Shown here: positions 37,077 through 48,708 of the stretch, in pieces | Layout of the letters: every line of letters begins with the position of its first letter | How positions within the stretch are numbered: the first letter of the stretch is position 1 | Assembly (NCBI RefSeq): GCF_965208355.1 | Contig: NZ_CBDBOM010000003.1 | Span: 2,710,234 to 2,774,233 of the forward strand | Source of the DNA: Candidatus Poriferisocius sp. | GTDB lineage: Bacteria > Actinomycetota > Acidimicrobiia > Acidimicrobiales > Bin134 | DNA: 64,000 nucleotides | Direction of reading: 5' to 3' | Notes under the pieces: generated by a model | The model's database searches: none | Seen by the model: the letters and a program-made list of their open reading frames with translations, nothing else | What the model was told of the DNA's origin: nothing | Program-made: the position numbers and the translations under genes

Positions 37077-38213
37077 TCAGACCGCGGCGGCCTCGTCGAG
37101 CTGGAAGTCCTCGTACTCCTCGCCGGTGTCCACCCAGTCTTCGAACTCGATTACGTGGATCTCCTCGAACCGGCGCCGCAGCCAGCCGTCGCCGGCATCC
37201 AGCAGGCCCAGCTTCTTGCAGTTGGGCACGATCTTGGAGAACAGGATGTTCTGGAACGGCTTCTGGTCGGCGGGCAGCGACAGGAAGTTTTCCACCATGG
37301 GCCGCACCGGCACGCCCATGCGCTCCCACACCTCTTGGGACAAGAACCGGTCGCGCATCCGCACCGCAGCCTCAAAGGCGAACTCCTGGCGCTCACGAAG
37401 CTCAGGAACAGTTAACTCGCTGTAGAACTCCTGGAGGCTGAGCACCCCGAAGGCCACATGGCGGGCCTCGTCGGCCATCACATAGCGAAGGAGCTGCTTG
37501 AGCAGCGGCTCGGGGGTGAGCTGGTACATGAAGCCGAAGGCGGCCAAGGCCAGGCCCTCCACCATGATCTGCATGCCCAGGTAGGTCATGTCCCAGCGGC
37601 TGTCATTGATGATGTCGTCGAGCAGCATCTTGAGGTGGACGTTGATGGGATAGGAGTCGCCCAGCTTGGTTTCGATGTACTGGCCGAACACCTCCACATG
37701 GCGGGCCTCGTCCACCACCTGGGTGGCGGCGTAGTACTTGGCGTCGATCCACGGCACGGTCTCGACGATCTTGGCGGTACACAACAGAGCCCCCTGCTCG
37801 CCGTGGAGGAACTGGCTCATCCGCCACTTGAAGCTCTCCAGGGAGAACTCTCGCCACTCAGCCTCGCCCCAGTTGTCGGTGGGGAGACGGCGACTCTTGT
37901 CGGGCTCAAACTCGGGAGTGAAATTGGACTCGGAGAAAACGGAGAACGCCTCATAGGGGTCCACCTCAATCGACCAGTCCAGGTCGGTTTGGGCGTTCCA
38001 TTGCGACGTCTTGGCCTTCTCGTACAGGCGCTCCAGCTGGGGCCGGGCGCCCTTGGCGTAATCCCAGGTGAACAGGGCGTCGCTGTTGTCCTGAACGGCG
38101 TGGATCAACGAGGTCACATCGCTATTGGCTCGAGAGATATCGATGATGGTGTCGATGTCGTTGACGTCGGCGCGTCCGATGATCTCTTCGTCAGTGCGAG
38201 TGGGCGGAGCCAT
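37077..38213 (-). CDS. ferritin-like diiron-carboxylate protein (AurF/R2-like oxygenase superfamily)
   Basis: 378 aa, helical, with two DEARHV (ExxH) motifs plus ..HGEQGA.. and ..VEGLA.. carboxylate positions. Confidence 0.65.
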   Translation of the reverse strand: MAPPTRTDEEIIGRADVNDIDTIIDISRANSDVTSLIHAVQDNSDALFTWDYAKGARPQLERLYEKAKTSQWNAQTDLDWSIEVDPYEAFSVFSESNFTPEFEPDKSRRLPTDNWGEAEWREFSLESFKWRMSQFLHGEQGALLCTAKIVETVPWIDAKYYAATQVVDEARHVEVFGQYIETKLGDSYPINVHLKMLLDDIINDSRWDMTYLGMQIMVEGLALAAFGFMYQLTPEPLLKQLLRYVMADEARHVAFGVLSLQEFYSELTVPELRERQEFAFEAAVRMRDRFLSQEVWERMGVPVRPMVENFLSLPADQKPFQNILFSKIVPNCKKLGLLDAGDGWLRRRFEEIHVIEFEDWVDTGEEYEDFQLDEAAAV

Positions 38214-38297
38214 GCGTCTCTCCTCTACCGCCGAGGGCCAGGCCGATTGGTTGAATGATATCGCTGATGATCGAATCTGAGACTTTGCGGCGCCCAG

Positions 38298-39035
38298 TCA
38301 CTCCAGGGAGTTGATGCCCCCGATAAACACTCCGGCGGCCGCTCCTCCGTCCACCGGCAAGTCGGCGCCGGTGATGTGGGACGACTCGTCGGAGGCCAGA
38401 AACAGCGCGGCGGCCGCGATGCCCTCCAGCGGGACCTCGCCGGGAATGCCCCGATTGGCCGAGTAGGCCGCGGTCTCATCCATAAACGACATCATCTGGT
38501 CGAACCACTGGGCGTACATGGCCGGGTTGCCGCCCGCGGGACACACGTTGTTGACCCGGATGCCAGATCGGCCCAATTCCAGGGCGGCGCAGCGCATCAA
38601 CCCCCCAAGGCCGAACTTGCTGGCCCCATAGGCCGAAATCCCGTTCATGCCAATGAGTCCGTCAATGGAACTGATGTTGACGATCGAGCCGCCCCCGGCC
38701 GCCTTCATCGGTCCGATCACCGCGCGCATGCCCAAGAACGGGCCGACCAGGTTCACGTCCAGCACCTGGCGGTAGACATCGGCCGGGGTGCGCTCGATGG
38801 ACCCCAAGTGCAATATGGCGGCGTTGTTCACCAGCACGTCCACTTGGTCCATGCCGCTCACCACCTCGTCCCAATGGGCCTCATTGGTCACGTCGAGCTT
38901 GACGACTCCGTCGCCCTCGGCGATATCGGTGGCCACCACCACGGCGCCCTCATCCCGGAACATCTGGGCGATGACCTCTCCAGTGCCCCGGGCTGCGCCG
39001 GTGACGATGGCTGTCTTTCCTGCAAGCCTTGACAT
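38298..39035 (-). CDS. SDR family oxidoreductase
   Basis: TAIVTGAARGTG, NNAAI and YGASKFGL motifs. Confidence 0.9.
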   Translation of the reverse strand: MSRLAGKTAIVTGAARGTGEVIAQMFRDEGAVVVATDIAEGDGVVKLDVTNEAHWDEVVSGMDQVDVLVNNAAILHLGSIERTPADVYRQVLDVNLVGPFLGMRAVIGPMKAAGGGSIVNISSIDGLIGMNGISAYGASKFGLGGLMRCAALELGRSGIRVNNVCPAGGNPAMYAQWFDQMMSFMDETAAYSANRGIPGEVPLEGIAAAALFLASDESSHITGADLPVDGGAAAGVFIGGINSLE

Positions 39036-39162
39036 GGCCCCACCCTAGACACTTTGAGGCTCCTCAAACTCACTGATCCGACCCCGTGTTCGACACTGTG
39101 GCTGCCACCGTCCTGGGCTAGCCTCGTGTGTCCAACCACTGGCATCAGACGGAGGGGTTCAG

Positions 39163-40410
39163 ATGCGTAAGAAACTCATTGCTCTATTGGCCCTGCTGTT
39201 TTGCCTGGCCCTGGTAGCGGCCGGCTGCGGCAACGACGACGATGATGACGGTGCGGCTCCTGCGCCCGCACCTACCGAGGCTCCGGCACCGGAACCAACC
39301 GAAGCACCAGCTCCTGAGCCCACCGAGGCCCCGGCCCCCGAGCCAACCGAAGCGCCGGAGCCTGAGGCGCCAATGGCGCCTTCCGGGGCCCTGATCTCGT
39401 TGGAGGAAGAATGCGAGGCGTGGGGCGGCATCCAAGCCCCCGACGGCTTCCGGGTGAACATGGTCACCGACATCGGCAAGGTGGACGACGGCACGTTCAA
39501 CCAGTTCGCCTATGAGGGCATGATCGGGGCCACCGAGTGCTTCGGCATCGAGGACTTCAGCGTGATCGAGACCGCGTCGGAGGCCGACTACGACGCCAAC
39601 CTGAGCACCTCAGCCAGCGAGAACCCCGACGTGCTCATCACCGTGGGCTTCCTGCTCGGCACCGACACCATGGCCGCGGCCAGCGAGAACGCCAACATCA
39701 ACTACATCGGCATCGACCAGTGGCACCCCGAGTACCCGTCCAACTATGTGGGCGTGCTGTTCAACGAGCACGAGGGCGGCTTCATCGCCGGTGCCTTGGC
39801 CGCCTCGCTCAGCGAGTCGGGCGTGGTCGGCGTGGTCGCCGGCCGCGAGGACGTACCCCCGGTGGTGAAGTTCGTCAACGGCTACGAAGCCGGCGCCAAG
39901 TACATCAACCCCGACATCCAGGTGCTGTCGGTGTACAACGAGAGCTTCACCGATCCGGCCAAGGGCGCATCCGACGCCCAGCAGTTCATCGGCGACGGCG
40001 CTGATGTGATCTTCGGCGCTGGTGGTCCCACCGGCTCCGGCGGCATAAAGGCCGCCGCTGAAGCCGGGGCCTGGGGCATCGGCGTAGACCAGGACGAGTA
40101 CTACACCACCTTCAACGGCGGCACGGCTCCTGGTTCTGAGTACCTGGCCAGCTCGGCCATCAAGCGGGTGGACCTGTCGGTGTTCCGCAACATCGCCACC
40201 ACCATCCAGGGCACCTTCGCCGGTGGGCCGTTCGTGCTCACCGCCGAGAACCTGGGCATCACCTACGCCCCATTCCACGACGCCGCGGTGAGCGCCGAAG
40301 CGGCCGCCAACGTGGAGATGGTGCGAGCCGGACTGGCCGGCGGCACCATCGACACCGGTGTGTGCGGCATCGACGGCCTGTTCATAGGCGAAGGCTCTCT
40401 CTGCGACTAA
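39163..40410 (+). CDS. BMP-family (PnrA-like) nucleoside ABC transporter substrate-binding lipoprotein
   Basis: Signal peptide with lipobox (LVAAGC), repeat linker, then a BMP fold (..VTDIGKVDDGTFNQ.., ..GVVGVVAGRED.PPV..F..GY..GAK..). Confidence 0.9.
   Translation: MRKKLIALLALLFCLALVAAGCGNDDDDDGAAPAPAPTEAPAPEPTEAPAPEPTEAPAPEPTEAPEPEAPMAPSGALISLEEECEAWGGIQAPDGFRVNMVTDIGKVDDGTFNQFAYEGMIGATECFGIEDFSVIETASEADYDANLSTSASENPDVLITVGFLLGTDTMAAASENANINYIGIDQWHPEYPSNYVGVLFNEHEGGFIAGALAASLSESGVVGVVAGREDVPPVVKFVNGYEAGAKYINPDIQVLSVYNESFTDPAKGASDAQQFIGDGADVIFGAGGPTGSGGIKAAAEAGAWGIGVDQDEYYTTFNGGTAPGSEYLASSAIKRVDLSVFRNIATTIQGTFAGGPFVLTAENLGITYAPFHDAAVSAEAAANVEMVRAGLAGGTIDTGVCGIDGLFIGEGSLCD
39271..39366 (+). 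repeat. 4 x 24-nt in-frame tandem repeat encoding PTEAPAPE linker units
   Basis: aa 37-68 read PTEAPAPE PTEAPAPE PTEAPAPE PTEAPEPE. The DNA copies differ at synonymous positions. Confidence 0.85.
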
Positions 40411-40432
40411 CCGATCCTGTGATCAACAACTG

Positions 40433-40468
40433 AAAGGCGGCGGCTGAAAGAAATCAGCCGCCGCCTTT
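40433..40468 (+). terminator. perfect 15-bp hairpin between the binding-protein gene and the ATPase gene (intra-operon attenuator/terminator)
   Basis: AAAGGCGGCGGCTGA-aagaaa-TCAGCCGCCGCCTTT, 22 nt after the stop codon. Only a 3-T tail, so partial termination is more likely than full termination. Confidence 0.6.
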
Positions 40469-40508
40469 CGCGTTCGGCCGGCGTCATTTGACGTAGCCTG
40501 GGCTGCGC

Positions 40509-42040
<1,532 letters not shown>

Positions 42041-42044
<4 letters not shown>

Positions 42045-43201
42045 GCGCCGCCAAGAACGCCAACGCCGGGATTGGGCGGGCCGCAAGCCAAGTCCACCGC
42101 CTGCTAACCGAAGCATGGCGGCTCCAACCGCTGTACGTATCGCTCTACGCCATCTTGTTGTCGTTCGTGGTCGGCGGCGTGCTGATCTCCATCATCGGGG
42201 TCAACCCCTTCACCGCCTACTGGGCGCTGTTGCGGGGCATGGTGGGCGGGGGCGACCAAATCGCCGGGTCGGTGGCCCGGTCGGTGCCGTTCATCGGGTC
42301 GGCCTTGGCCTTGGCCTTCGCCTTCCGAGCCGGGCTGTTCAACATCGGCGCCGAGGGTCAGCTCCTGGCCGGTGGCATCACCGCGGCCTATGTGGGGGCG
42401 CTGTCGTGGATGTCCGATCTGCCCGGCATCGTGGCCATCCCGCTGATCCTCATCGCCGGCACGCTGGGGGGTGCCTTTTGGGGCGGAATTCCCGGCGTGT
42501 TGCGCACCAAGACCGGGGCCCACGAGGTGATCAGCACCATCATGCTCAACTCCTTGGTGCTGTTCGGAGTCCGCTGGATGGTGAACTCCCGTGATCCGAT
42601 AGTCCTGCGGGACACCGAGAGCACGGTTCCCCGCACCGACCCCATCTCCGACACCGCGGTGCTGCCCGAGCTGGTGGACAGCCAGCCCGTTCTCCACACT
42701 GGCCTGCTCGCTCTGCTGGGCATCTGCTTCGTGGTGGCTTTCGTGCTCAACCGCACCACTTTCGGGTTCGAGGTGGGCACCGTGGGACTGAACCCCCACG
42801 CCTCCCACTACGCCGGGATCAACGTGAACCGGGTAATTGTGATCTCGATGGCCGCTTCGGGAGCATTCGCCGGGCTGGCCGCGGCCTCGGAGATCTCGGG
42901 CACCAACGGCTTCTTCCAGCCGGGCACGTTCTTCCTGATGGGCTTCGACGGCATCGCCATCGCCCTGTTGGCCCGCACCAACCCGGTGGCCATCATCGCC
43001 GCCGCCCTGTTGTGGGGGTCGATGCTGTCGGGAGCGCCGCTGATGCAGCAAGAAGCCGATGTGTCCATCGACGTGGTGCGGATCATCCAGGCCATGGTGC
43101 TGTTGTTCGTGGCCGCTGACGCCATAGTCCGCTACCTGTTCCGGGTGCGAGAAATGGACCAGAGCCCGTTCAAGGCCACTTCCGTCGAGGGGGCGGTGTG
43201 A
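42041..43201 (+). CDS. ABC transporter permease (BMP-system, first)
   Basis: 386 aa polytopic. GTGA overlap with the ATPase gene. ..FNIGAEGQLLAG.. motif. Confidence 0.88.
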
Positions 43202-43229
43202 CCATGATTGACCACACCACGAGCACAGC

Positions 43230-44570
43230 TTGGATATCAGTGCAACCCCGGAGAAGCGTGTGACCACCGTCGAGCACGCCGTGGGCGCGACCGGAGCCGC
43301 GGAGCGGACTGGTCTGAGTCGCCAGACGGTGACCGGGCTGGTCTTCGGGCTTCTGGGAGTGGCCCTGATCGCCGGGGTGGCCCCGGCCATCAGCGGCAAC
43401 AGCCGGAGATTCAATTTCGAGCCGCCCCCCGACCCGGCCGGCATCGGATTCCATCCCCCGACGTGGGTCATAGCCATCGGTGTGCTGTTCCTGGTCGCCG
43501 CGGTGCTGGGATTCGCGCCCCCCGACGCCCGGCGGTACGCCAGCCCGGCCCGGCTCTTGAGCGCCATAGCTCTGATCCCATTGGTGCTGGTGCTCAGCCT
43601 GGCGCTATCCGACAACCCCAGCACCAACATCATCAACCTGTTCAACGAATCGCTGGTGCTGGCCACCCCGCTGGCCTTGGGAGCCACCACCGGCTTGTGG
43701 TGCGAGCGCTCGGGCATCATCAACATCGGCATCGAGGGCACCATGCTGGCCGGCGCCGGCATCGGCTACATGACCTACGCCACCATCGGAGATGCCCAGT
43801 CCACCGGGTGGCTGTGGTTCTCCATCCTCATCTCGGTGCTGGCTGGCGGACTAGTGGCCTCCCTCTTGGCCGTGCTGTCCATCCGCTTCGGGGTGAACCA
43901 GATCGTGGCCGGGGTGGTGATCAACCTGTTCGCCTTGGGGCTCACCGGCTTCCTGCGCTCGGAGGTGATCGTCAAAACCGGCATCACCACCGGGGTGGGG
44001 ACCTCTGAGTTCGGCTTGCCCTTGCTGTCGGAAATCCCGGTGATCGGCGATCAGCTGTTCCGGGGCAAGCCCATCTACTGGATGATGTATCTGGTGGTGA
44101 TCGGCACCTGGCTGGTGATGTTCCGCACGCCGTGGGGGCTGCGGGTGCGATCGTGCGGGGAGAACCCCCATGCCGCCGAGACGCTGGGCGTGAACGTGAT
44201 TCGGATCCGCTACCAGTCGGTGATCCTGGGCGGGCTCATCGCCGGTCTGGCCGGGGCCTGGTTCTCCATGGAGTCGCAGACCCGCTTCGAGGACAACATG
44301 ACCAACGCGGCGGGGTTCATCGCCCTGGCCGCCCTCATCTTCGGCAAGTGGACCCCGTGGGGGGCGTTCGGCGGGGCGCTGCTGTTCGGCTTCTCCCGGG
44401 CGCTGGGCACCCGACTCCAGTTCCTCGGGGTAGAGGTGAGCGGGTTCGAGATTCCCAGCGAGTTCCTACAGGCCCTGCCGTTTGTGGTCACGCTGGTGGT
44501 GGTGGCCGGGGCGGTGGGCCGCTCTATTCCCCCTGCGGCCGCGGGCCAGCCATTCCAGCGAAGCAAGTAG
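43230..44570 (+). CDS. ABC transporter permease (BMP-system, second); start uncertain
   Basis: 446 aa polytopic. ..INIGIEGTMLAGA.. motif is paralogous to the preceding permease. Confidence 0.85.
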   Translation: MDISATPEKRVTTVEHAVGATGAAERTGLSRQTVTGLVFGLLGVALIAGVAPAISGNSRRFNFEPPPDPAGIGFHPPTWVIAIGVLFLVAAVLGFAPPDARRYASPARLLSAIALIPLVLVLSLALSDNPSTNIINLFNESLVLATPLALGATTGLWCERSGIINIGIEGTMLAGAGIGYMTYATIGDAQSTGWLWFSILISVLAGGLVASLLAVLSIRFGVNQIVAGVVINLFALGLTGFLRSEVIVKTGITTGVGTSEFGLPLLSEIPVIGDQLFRGKPIYWMMYLVVIGTWLVMFRTPWGLRVRSCGENPHAAETLGVNVIRIRYQSVILGGLIAGLAGAWFSMESQTRFEDNMTNAAGFIALAALIFGKWTPWGAFGGALLFGFSRALGTRLQFLGVEVSGFEIPSEFLQALPFVVTLVVVAGAVGRSIPPAAAGQPFQRSK

Positions 44571-44584
44571 CGGAAAGAGACGAA

Positions 44585-44974
44585 ATGGGCGCAACGCAGG
44601 AGATCCCGTGGAGTGAGTTGTGGGCCGCGGCCCATGAGGCGTCCACGGGGGCCTATGCCCCGTACTCGAAGCTGTCGGTGGGCGCGGCTGCGCTGACCAA
44701 TGACGGGCGGATTGTCACCGGGTGCAACGTGGAGAACGCCTCCTACGGGCTCACCCTGTGCGCCGAATGCGGATTGGTGGGCGACCTGCACCGCACCGGG
44801 GGCGGGCGGCTGGTGGCCGTGGCGGTGACCGACGGCGACGGCAACCCGCTCACCCCCTGTGGGCGCTGCCGTCAACTGCTCTACGAAGCGGGCGGGGCCG
44901 CTTGCCAGGTGAACGAGACCCAAACCGTGGGCGAGCTGCTACCCGGCGCCTTCGGCCCCGACGACCTGCCGTGA
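44585..44974 (+). CDS. cdd: cytidine deaminase
   Basis: I start it at ATG 44585 (MGATQEIPWSELW..). Zinc motifs CAECGLV and PCGRCRQLL. The track ORF from 44132 is an upstream extension overlapping the permease. Confidence 0.92.
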   Translation: MGATQEIPWSELWAAAHEASTGAYAPYSKLSVGAAALTNDGRIVTGCNVENASYGLTLCAECGLVGDLHRTGGGRLVAVAVTDGDGNPLTPCGRCRQLLYEAGGAACQVNETQTVGELLPGAFGPDDLP

Positions 44975-45010
44975 ACGCGGTGGCGTGATTCCCCGAGGCG
45001 AGGACGAATC

Positions 45011-46285
45011 GTGAACGCGGTCGATCTCATCGTCGCCAAGCGTGACGGCGGCGAGCTGAGCGACGAGCAGATCAACTGGTTCATCGAAGGAGTCACCTCG
45101 GGCGCCATCCCGGCTGAGCAAGCCGCCGCCCTGCTCATGGCCATCGTGTGGCGGGGCATGACCGGCCGAGAGCTGGCCACCTGGACCGCGGCCATGATTG
45201 ACAGCGGCCAGCGGCTGGACTTGTCGAGCCTGGCCCGGCCCACGGTCGACAAGCACTCCACCGGCGGGGTGGGCGACAAGGTGTCGCTGGTGCTGTGCCC
45301 GTTGGTGGCGGCCTGCGGCGCGGCAGTGCCCCAGCTCTCCGGGCGGGGCTTGGGCCATACCGGGGGCACCCTCGACAAGATGGAGGCCATCAGCGGCTGG
45401 CAGGCCGCCCTCAGCCACGATCAATTCCTGGGCCAACTCCAGGACGTGGGCGCGGTGATCGCCGCGGCCACCGCCGACCTGGCCCCCGCCGACCGAGTGC
45501 TTTACGCCCTGCGAGACGTGACCGGAACGGTGGCGTCGATCCCGCTGATAGCCAGCTCGATCATGTCCAAGAAGATCGCCGAGGGCACCGCCGGGCTGGT
45601 GCTGGACGTGAAGTTCGGATCGGGGGCGTTTCTGCCCGACCCGGCCATGGGCGAGGAACTGGCTCGCACCATGGTCGGGCTGGGCCACGCCCACGGGGTG
45701 GACACCGTGGCGCTGCTAACTGATATGGACCAACCCTTGGGACTGGCTGCGGGCAACGCCCTTGAGGTGGCCGAGTCGGTCGAGACATTGGCCGGGGGCG
45801 GGCCCGCCGACCTGGTGGATGTGACCCTGGCTTTGGCCCAGGAGATGGTGGCCATCGCCGGTCTCGACGCCGACCCCGCCGAGGTGCTGGCCTCCGGCCG
45901 GGCCATGGACGTGTGGCGGGCCATGGTGGCCGCCCAGGGCGGCGATCCCGCCGCTGCGCTGCCCGCCGCCCCGGTGGTGGAGCACTGGACCGCCCCGGCC
46001 GACGGGGTGGTCAACCGCATAGACGCCCTAGCCGTGGGAGTGGCGGCCTGGCGGCTGGGCGCGGGCCGAGCCCGCAAGGAAGACAATGTGTCGGCGGTGG
46101 CCGGGGTGCTCCTGCGCCGAGCGCACGGAGACCGGGTGGCGGCGGGCGAGGTGATCGCCGAACTGCACACCGACGACCCGTCCCTTTTGCCCGCGGCCCA
46201 CGAAGCCCTGAGCTCAGCTTTGACCATCGCCAACACCGCTCCCGAGCCTCGCCGCCTGATTGCCGCTCGGATTCCGTACCATTAG
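45011..46285 (+). CDS. deoA: thymidine/pyrimidine-nucleoside phosphorylase
   Basis: ..[19 protein letters not shown].., ..[14 protein letters not shown].., ..[14 protein letters not shown]... Confidence 0.93.
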   Translation: MNAVDLIVAKRDGGELSDEQINWFIEGVTSGAIPAEQAAALLMAIVWRGMTGRELATWTAAMIDSGQRLDLSSLARPTVDKHSTGGVGDKVSLVLCPLVAACGAAVPQLSGRGLGHTGGTLDKMEAISGWQAALSHDQFLGQLQDVGAVIAAATADLAPADRVLYALRDVTGTVASIPLIASSIMSKKIAEGTAGLVLDVKFGSGAFLPDPAMGEELARTMVGLGHAHGVDTVALLTDMDQPLGLAAGNALEVAESVETLAGGGPADLVDVTLALAQEMVAIAGLDADPAEVLASGRAMDVWRAMVAAQGGDPAAALPAAPVVEHWTAPADGVVNRIDALAVGVAAWRLGAGRARKEDNVSAVAGVLLRRAHGDRVAAGEVIAELHTDDPSLLPAAHEALSSALTIANTAPEPRRLIAARIPYH

Positions 46286-46289
46286 GGCA

Positions 46290-47360
46290 GTGATTCACCC
46301 GACAATCGAAGAAGTAAGAGCCGCTCCAAAAGTCCTGCTGCACGACCACCTGGACGGCGGCCTGCGCCCGCAGACCGTGGTGGAGTTGGCGGCGGAGACC
46401 GGCTACGACAACCTGCCCACCACCGACGCCGACGAGCTGGCCCGCTGGATGGTGCGAGGGGCCAGCCGCCTAGACCTCACCCTGTACCTGGAGACCTTCG
46501 CCCACACCGTGGGCGTCATGCAGACCCGCGACGCCCTGGAGCGGGTGGCGGCCGAGTGCGCCGAAGACCTGGGCGACGACGGAGTGGTCTACGCCGAGGT
46601 GAGGTTCGCCCCCGAACTGCACACCGAGGAAGGGCTGAGCCTGGACGAGGTGGTGGAGGCGGTGGTGGCTGGCTTCGAGGCGGGCAGCGCCAACCGCAAC
46701 ATCCGCATCGGCACGCTGCTCACCGCCATGCGCACCGCGGCCCGCTCGCTGGAGATCGCGCAGCTGGCCATTCGCCATCGCGACCGGGGCGTGGTGGGCT
46801 TCGACATCGCCGGGGCCGAGGCTGGTAACCCACCCACCCGCCACCTCGACGCCTTCCACCTCATCCAACGGGAGAACTTCCACTTCACCATCCACGCCGG
46901 GGAGGCCTACGGCCCTCCGTCCATCTGGGAAGCCGTGCAGTACTGCGGCACCGAGCGCCTGGGCCACGGGGTGCGCATCGTCGACGACATCGACTTCGGC
47001 CCCGACGGCACCCCCAAGCTGGGCCGCCTGGCCGCCTTCGTGCGGGATCGGCGCATCCCATTGGAGCTGTGTCCCACGTCCAACGTCCACACCGGGGCGG
47101 CGCCGTCCATCGCCGAGCACCCCATCAAATTGCTGAGCGACCTGCGGTTCCGGATCACGGTCAACACCGACAACCGCCTGATGAGCGCCACCTCCATGAC
47201 CCAAGAGGTGATGCAGCTGGTGGACGAGTTCGGCTTCAGCTGGGCCGACATCCAGTGGCTGACCATCAACGCCATGAAGAGCGCGTTCATCCCCTTCGAT
47301 GAGCGGCTGGAGATCATCAACAAGGTCGTCAAGCCAGCCTACGGCCCCCTCTCGTTGTGA
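46290..47360 (+). CDS. add: adenosine deaminase
   Basis: Preferred GTG start at 46290, 4 nt after the deoA stop. ..[15 protein letters not shown].., ..FTIHAGE.., ..[10 protein letters not shown]... Confidence 0.92.
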   Translation: MIHPTIEEVRAAPKVLLHDHLDGGLRPQTVVELAAETGYDNLPTTDADELARWMVRGASRLDLTLYLETFAHTVGVMQTRDALERVAAECAEDLGDDGVVYAEVRFAPELHTEEGLSLDEVVEAVVAGFEAGSANRNIRIGTLLTAMRTAARSLEIAQLAIRHRDRGVVGFDIAGAEAGNPPTRHLDAFHLIQRENFHFTIHAGEAYGPPSIWEAVQYCGTERLGHGVRIVDDIDFGPDGTPKLGRLAAFVRDRRIPLELCPTSNVHTGAAPSIAEHPIKLLSDLRFRITVNTDNRLMSATSMTQEVMQLVDEFGFSWADIQWLTINAMKSAFIPFDERLEIINKVVKPAYGPLSL

Positions 47361-48055
47361 CCTCGGCCACCATTGAAACCGTCGGCCTCGATGCCGATGA
47401 CACCTTGTGGCACAACGAGTCGATCTTCGCCGACTACGAGGAGCGAATGGCCAACCTCGTGGCCCGCTACCTGCCCGATGTGGACTTCCACGAGCGGCTC
47501 ATCGAGCTGGAGCGCCACAACGTGGCCATCTTCGGCTACGGCATCAAGGGGTTCGTGCTGTCGATGATCGAGACCGCCATCGAGGCCACCGATGGCCAGA
47601 TCACCGCCCAAGAGATCCACACCATCGTGGGCTGGGCCAAGGAGATGCACGCCCACCCGGTGGAGCTGCTCGACGGGGTGGCCGACACCATCGAGGAATT
47701 GGAGCACCGCTACCGGCTGGTGCTCATCACCAAGGGCGACCTGTGGAACCAGGAGACCAAGATCGCCGCCTCCGGGCTGGCCGACCACTTCGACGCGGTG
47801 GAGATCGTGGCCGAGAAAGACGAGGCCACCTACACCCGGCTATTGGAGCGCCACGACATCGCCATCGACCGGTTCGTGATGGTGGGCAACTCGGTGCGCT
47901 CCGACATCGAGCCCGTGGTCGCCCTCGGCGGCCGGGGCGTCCACATCCCCTATCACCTCACCTGGGACCTGGAGCACGCCACCATTTCGCCCCACGACAG
48001 CTGGGTGGAACTGTCCGACATCCGCCAACTCCCCTCCTGGCTGGCCGCCCAATAG
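47357..48055 (+). CDS. HAD superfamily hydrolase
   Basis: GTGA overlap with add. ..[12 protein letters not shown].. (DxD motif I), ..ITKGD.., ..[10 protein letters not shown]... Confidence 0.75.
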   Translation: MTSATIETVGLDADDTLWHNESIFADYEERMANLVARYLPDVDFHERLIELERHNVAIFGYGIKGFVLSMIETAIEATDGQITAQEIHTIVGWAKEMHAHPVELLDGVADTIEELEHRYRLVLITKGDLWNQETKIAASGLADHFDAVEIVAEKDEATYTRLLERHDIAIDRFVMVGNSVRSDIEPVVALGGRGVHIPYHLTWDLEHATISPHDSWVELSDIRQLPSWLAAQ

Positions 48056-48060
48056 CGGGT

Positions 48061-48708
48061 TCAGCGCGAATAGTCGTCGAGGCGGTCGGTGCTGGGATCG
48101 AAGGTGGGGAGCTGGTGCTGCACGGCCCCCTGGTGGGCGGCCAACTCGTCATAAACGATGGCCTCCACCTCGTCCCAAGTGGTGGCCCGAGGTGGGTCGA
48201 GATCCCGGTTGTAAGGCTGGTCGAACACTATGACGGTTCGGCCTTCTTCCCGTAGGGCCTCGACGTTGTGGGGGGCGTCTTCGATGTAAACGTGGGCGTC
48301 GACCGCGGTCTTACCGCCCACAAAGCACAGGTCGCGGTAGGGGATCTTGGCTTTGTCGAGCCACTCGGCGGTGTCGCCGGCGGCGATGGCGTGGTCCCAG
48401 TTGGTGTAGAGCCGGTGGGTGATGATGCGGATCCACACTCCGGCCTCTGACAGCCGCCACAGCGCCTTGGAGGCGCCGGGCATGGCCGGCATGTCAGCCA
48501 GCATCCGGTGCTCCACCACCGCCCGCCGGTGGTAGGTCTCAAAGTCGCCGTCCTCGAACCCCCATTCCTGAAAGCCCCACCCGCACTCCAGGGTCAGAGA
48601 TTCCTCAGCCACGCCCTTTTCCTGGGCCACGATCTTGCGGAAGGCCACGGTGTGCTGAGCGCACACCCCGTCGAGGTCGACGCCGAGCACAAACGGCCCC
48701 GGGCTCAT
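48061..48708 (-). CDS. 5'(3')-deoxyribonucleotidase-like (NT5C-type HAD) protein
   Basis: ..LGVDLDGVCA.. (DxDG motif I) and ..YIEDAPHN.. motifs. ATGA overlap with the upstream ALDH-like gene. Confidence 0.65.
   Translation of the reverse strand: MSPGPFVLGVDLDGVCAQHTVAFRKIVAQEKGVAEESLTLECGWGFQEWGFEDGDFETYHRRAVVEHRMLADMPAMPGASKALWRLSEAGVWIRIITHRLYTNWDHAIAAGDTAEWLDKAKIPYRDLCFVGGKTAVDAHVYIEDAPHNVEALREEGRTVIVFDQPYNRDLDPPRATTWDEVEAIVYDELAAHQGAVQHQLPTFDPSTDRLDDYSR

Noticed and set aside
39053-39068. Inverted repeat TTTGAGG-ct-CCTCAAA in the spacer between the SDR gene and the nucleoside binding-protein gene, as a possible operator.
   Set aside because: It has only 7-bp arms, occurs once, and no regulator gene is adjacent. 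That is too weak to call.
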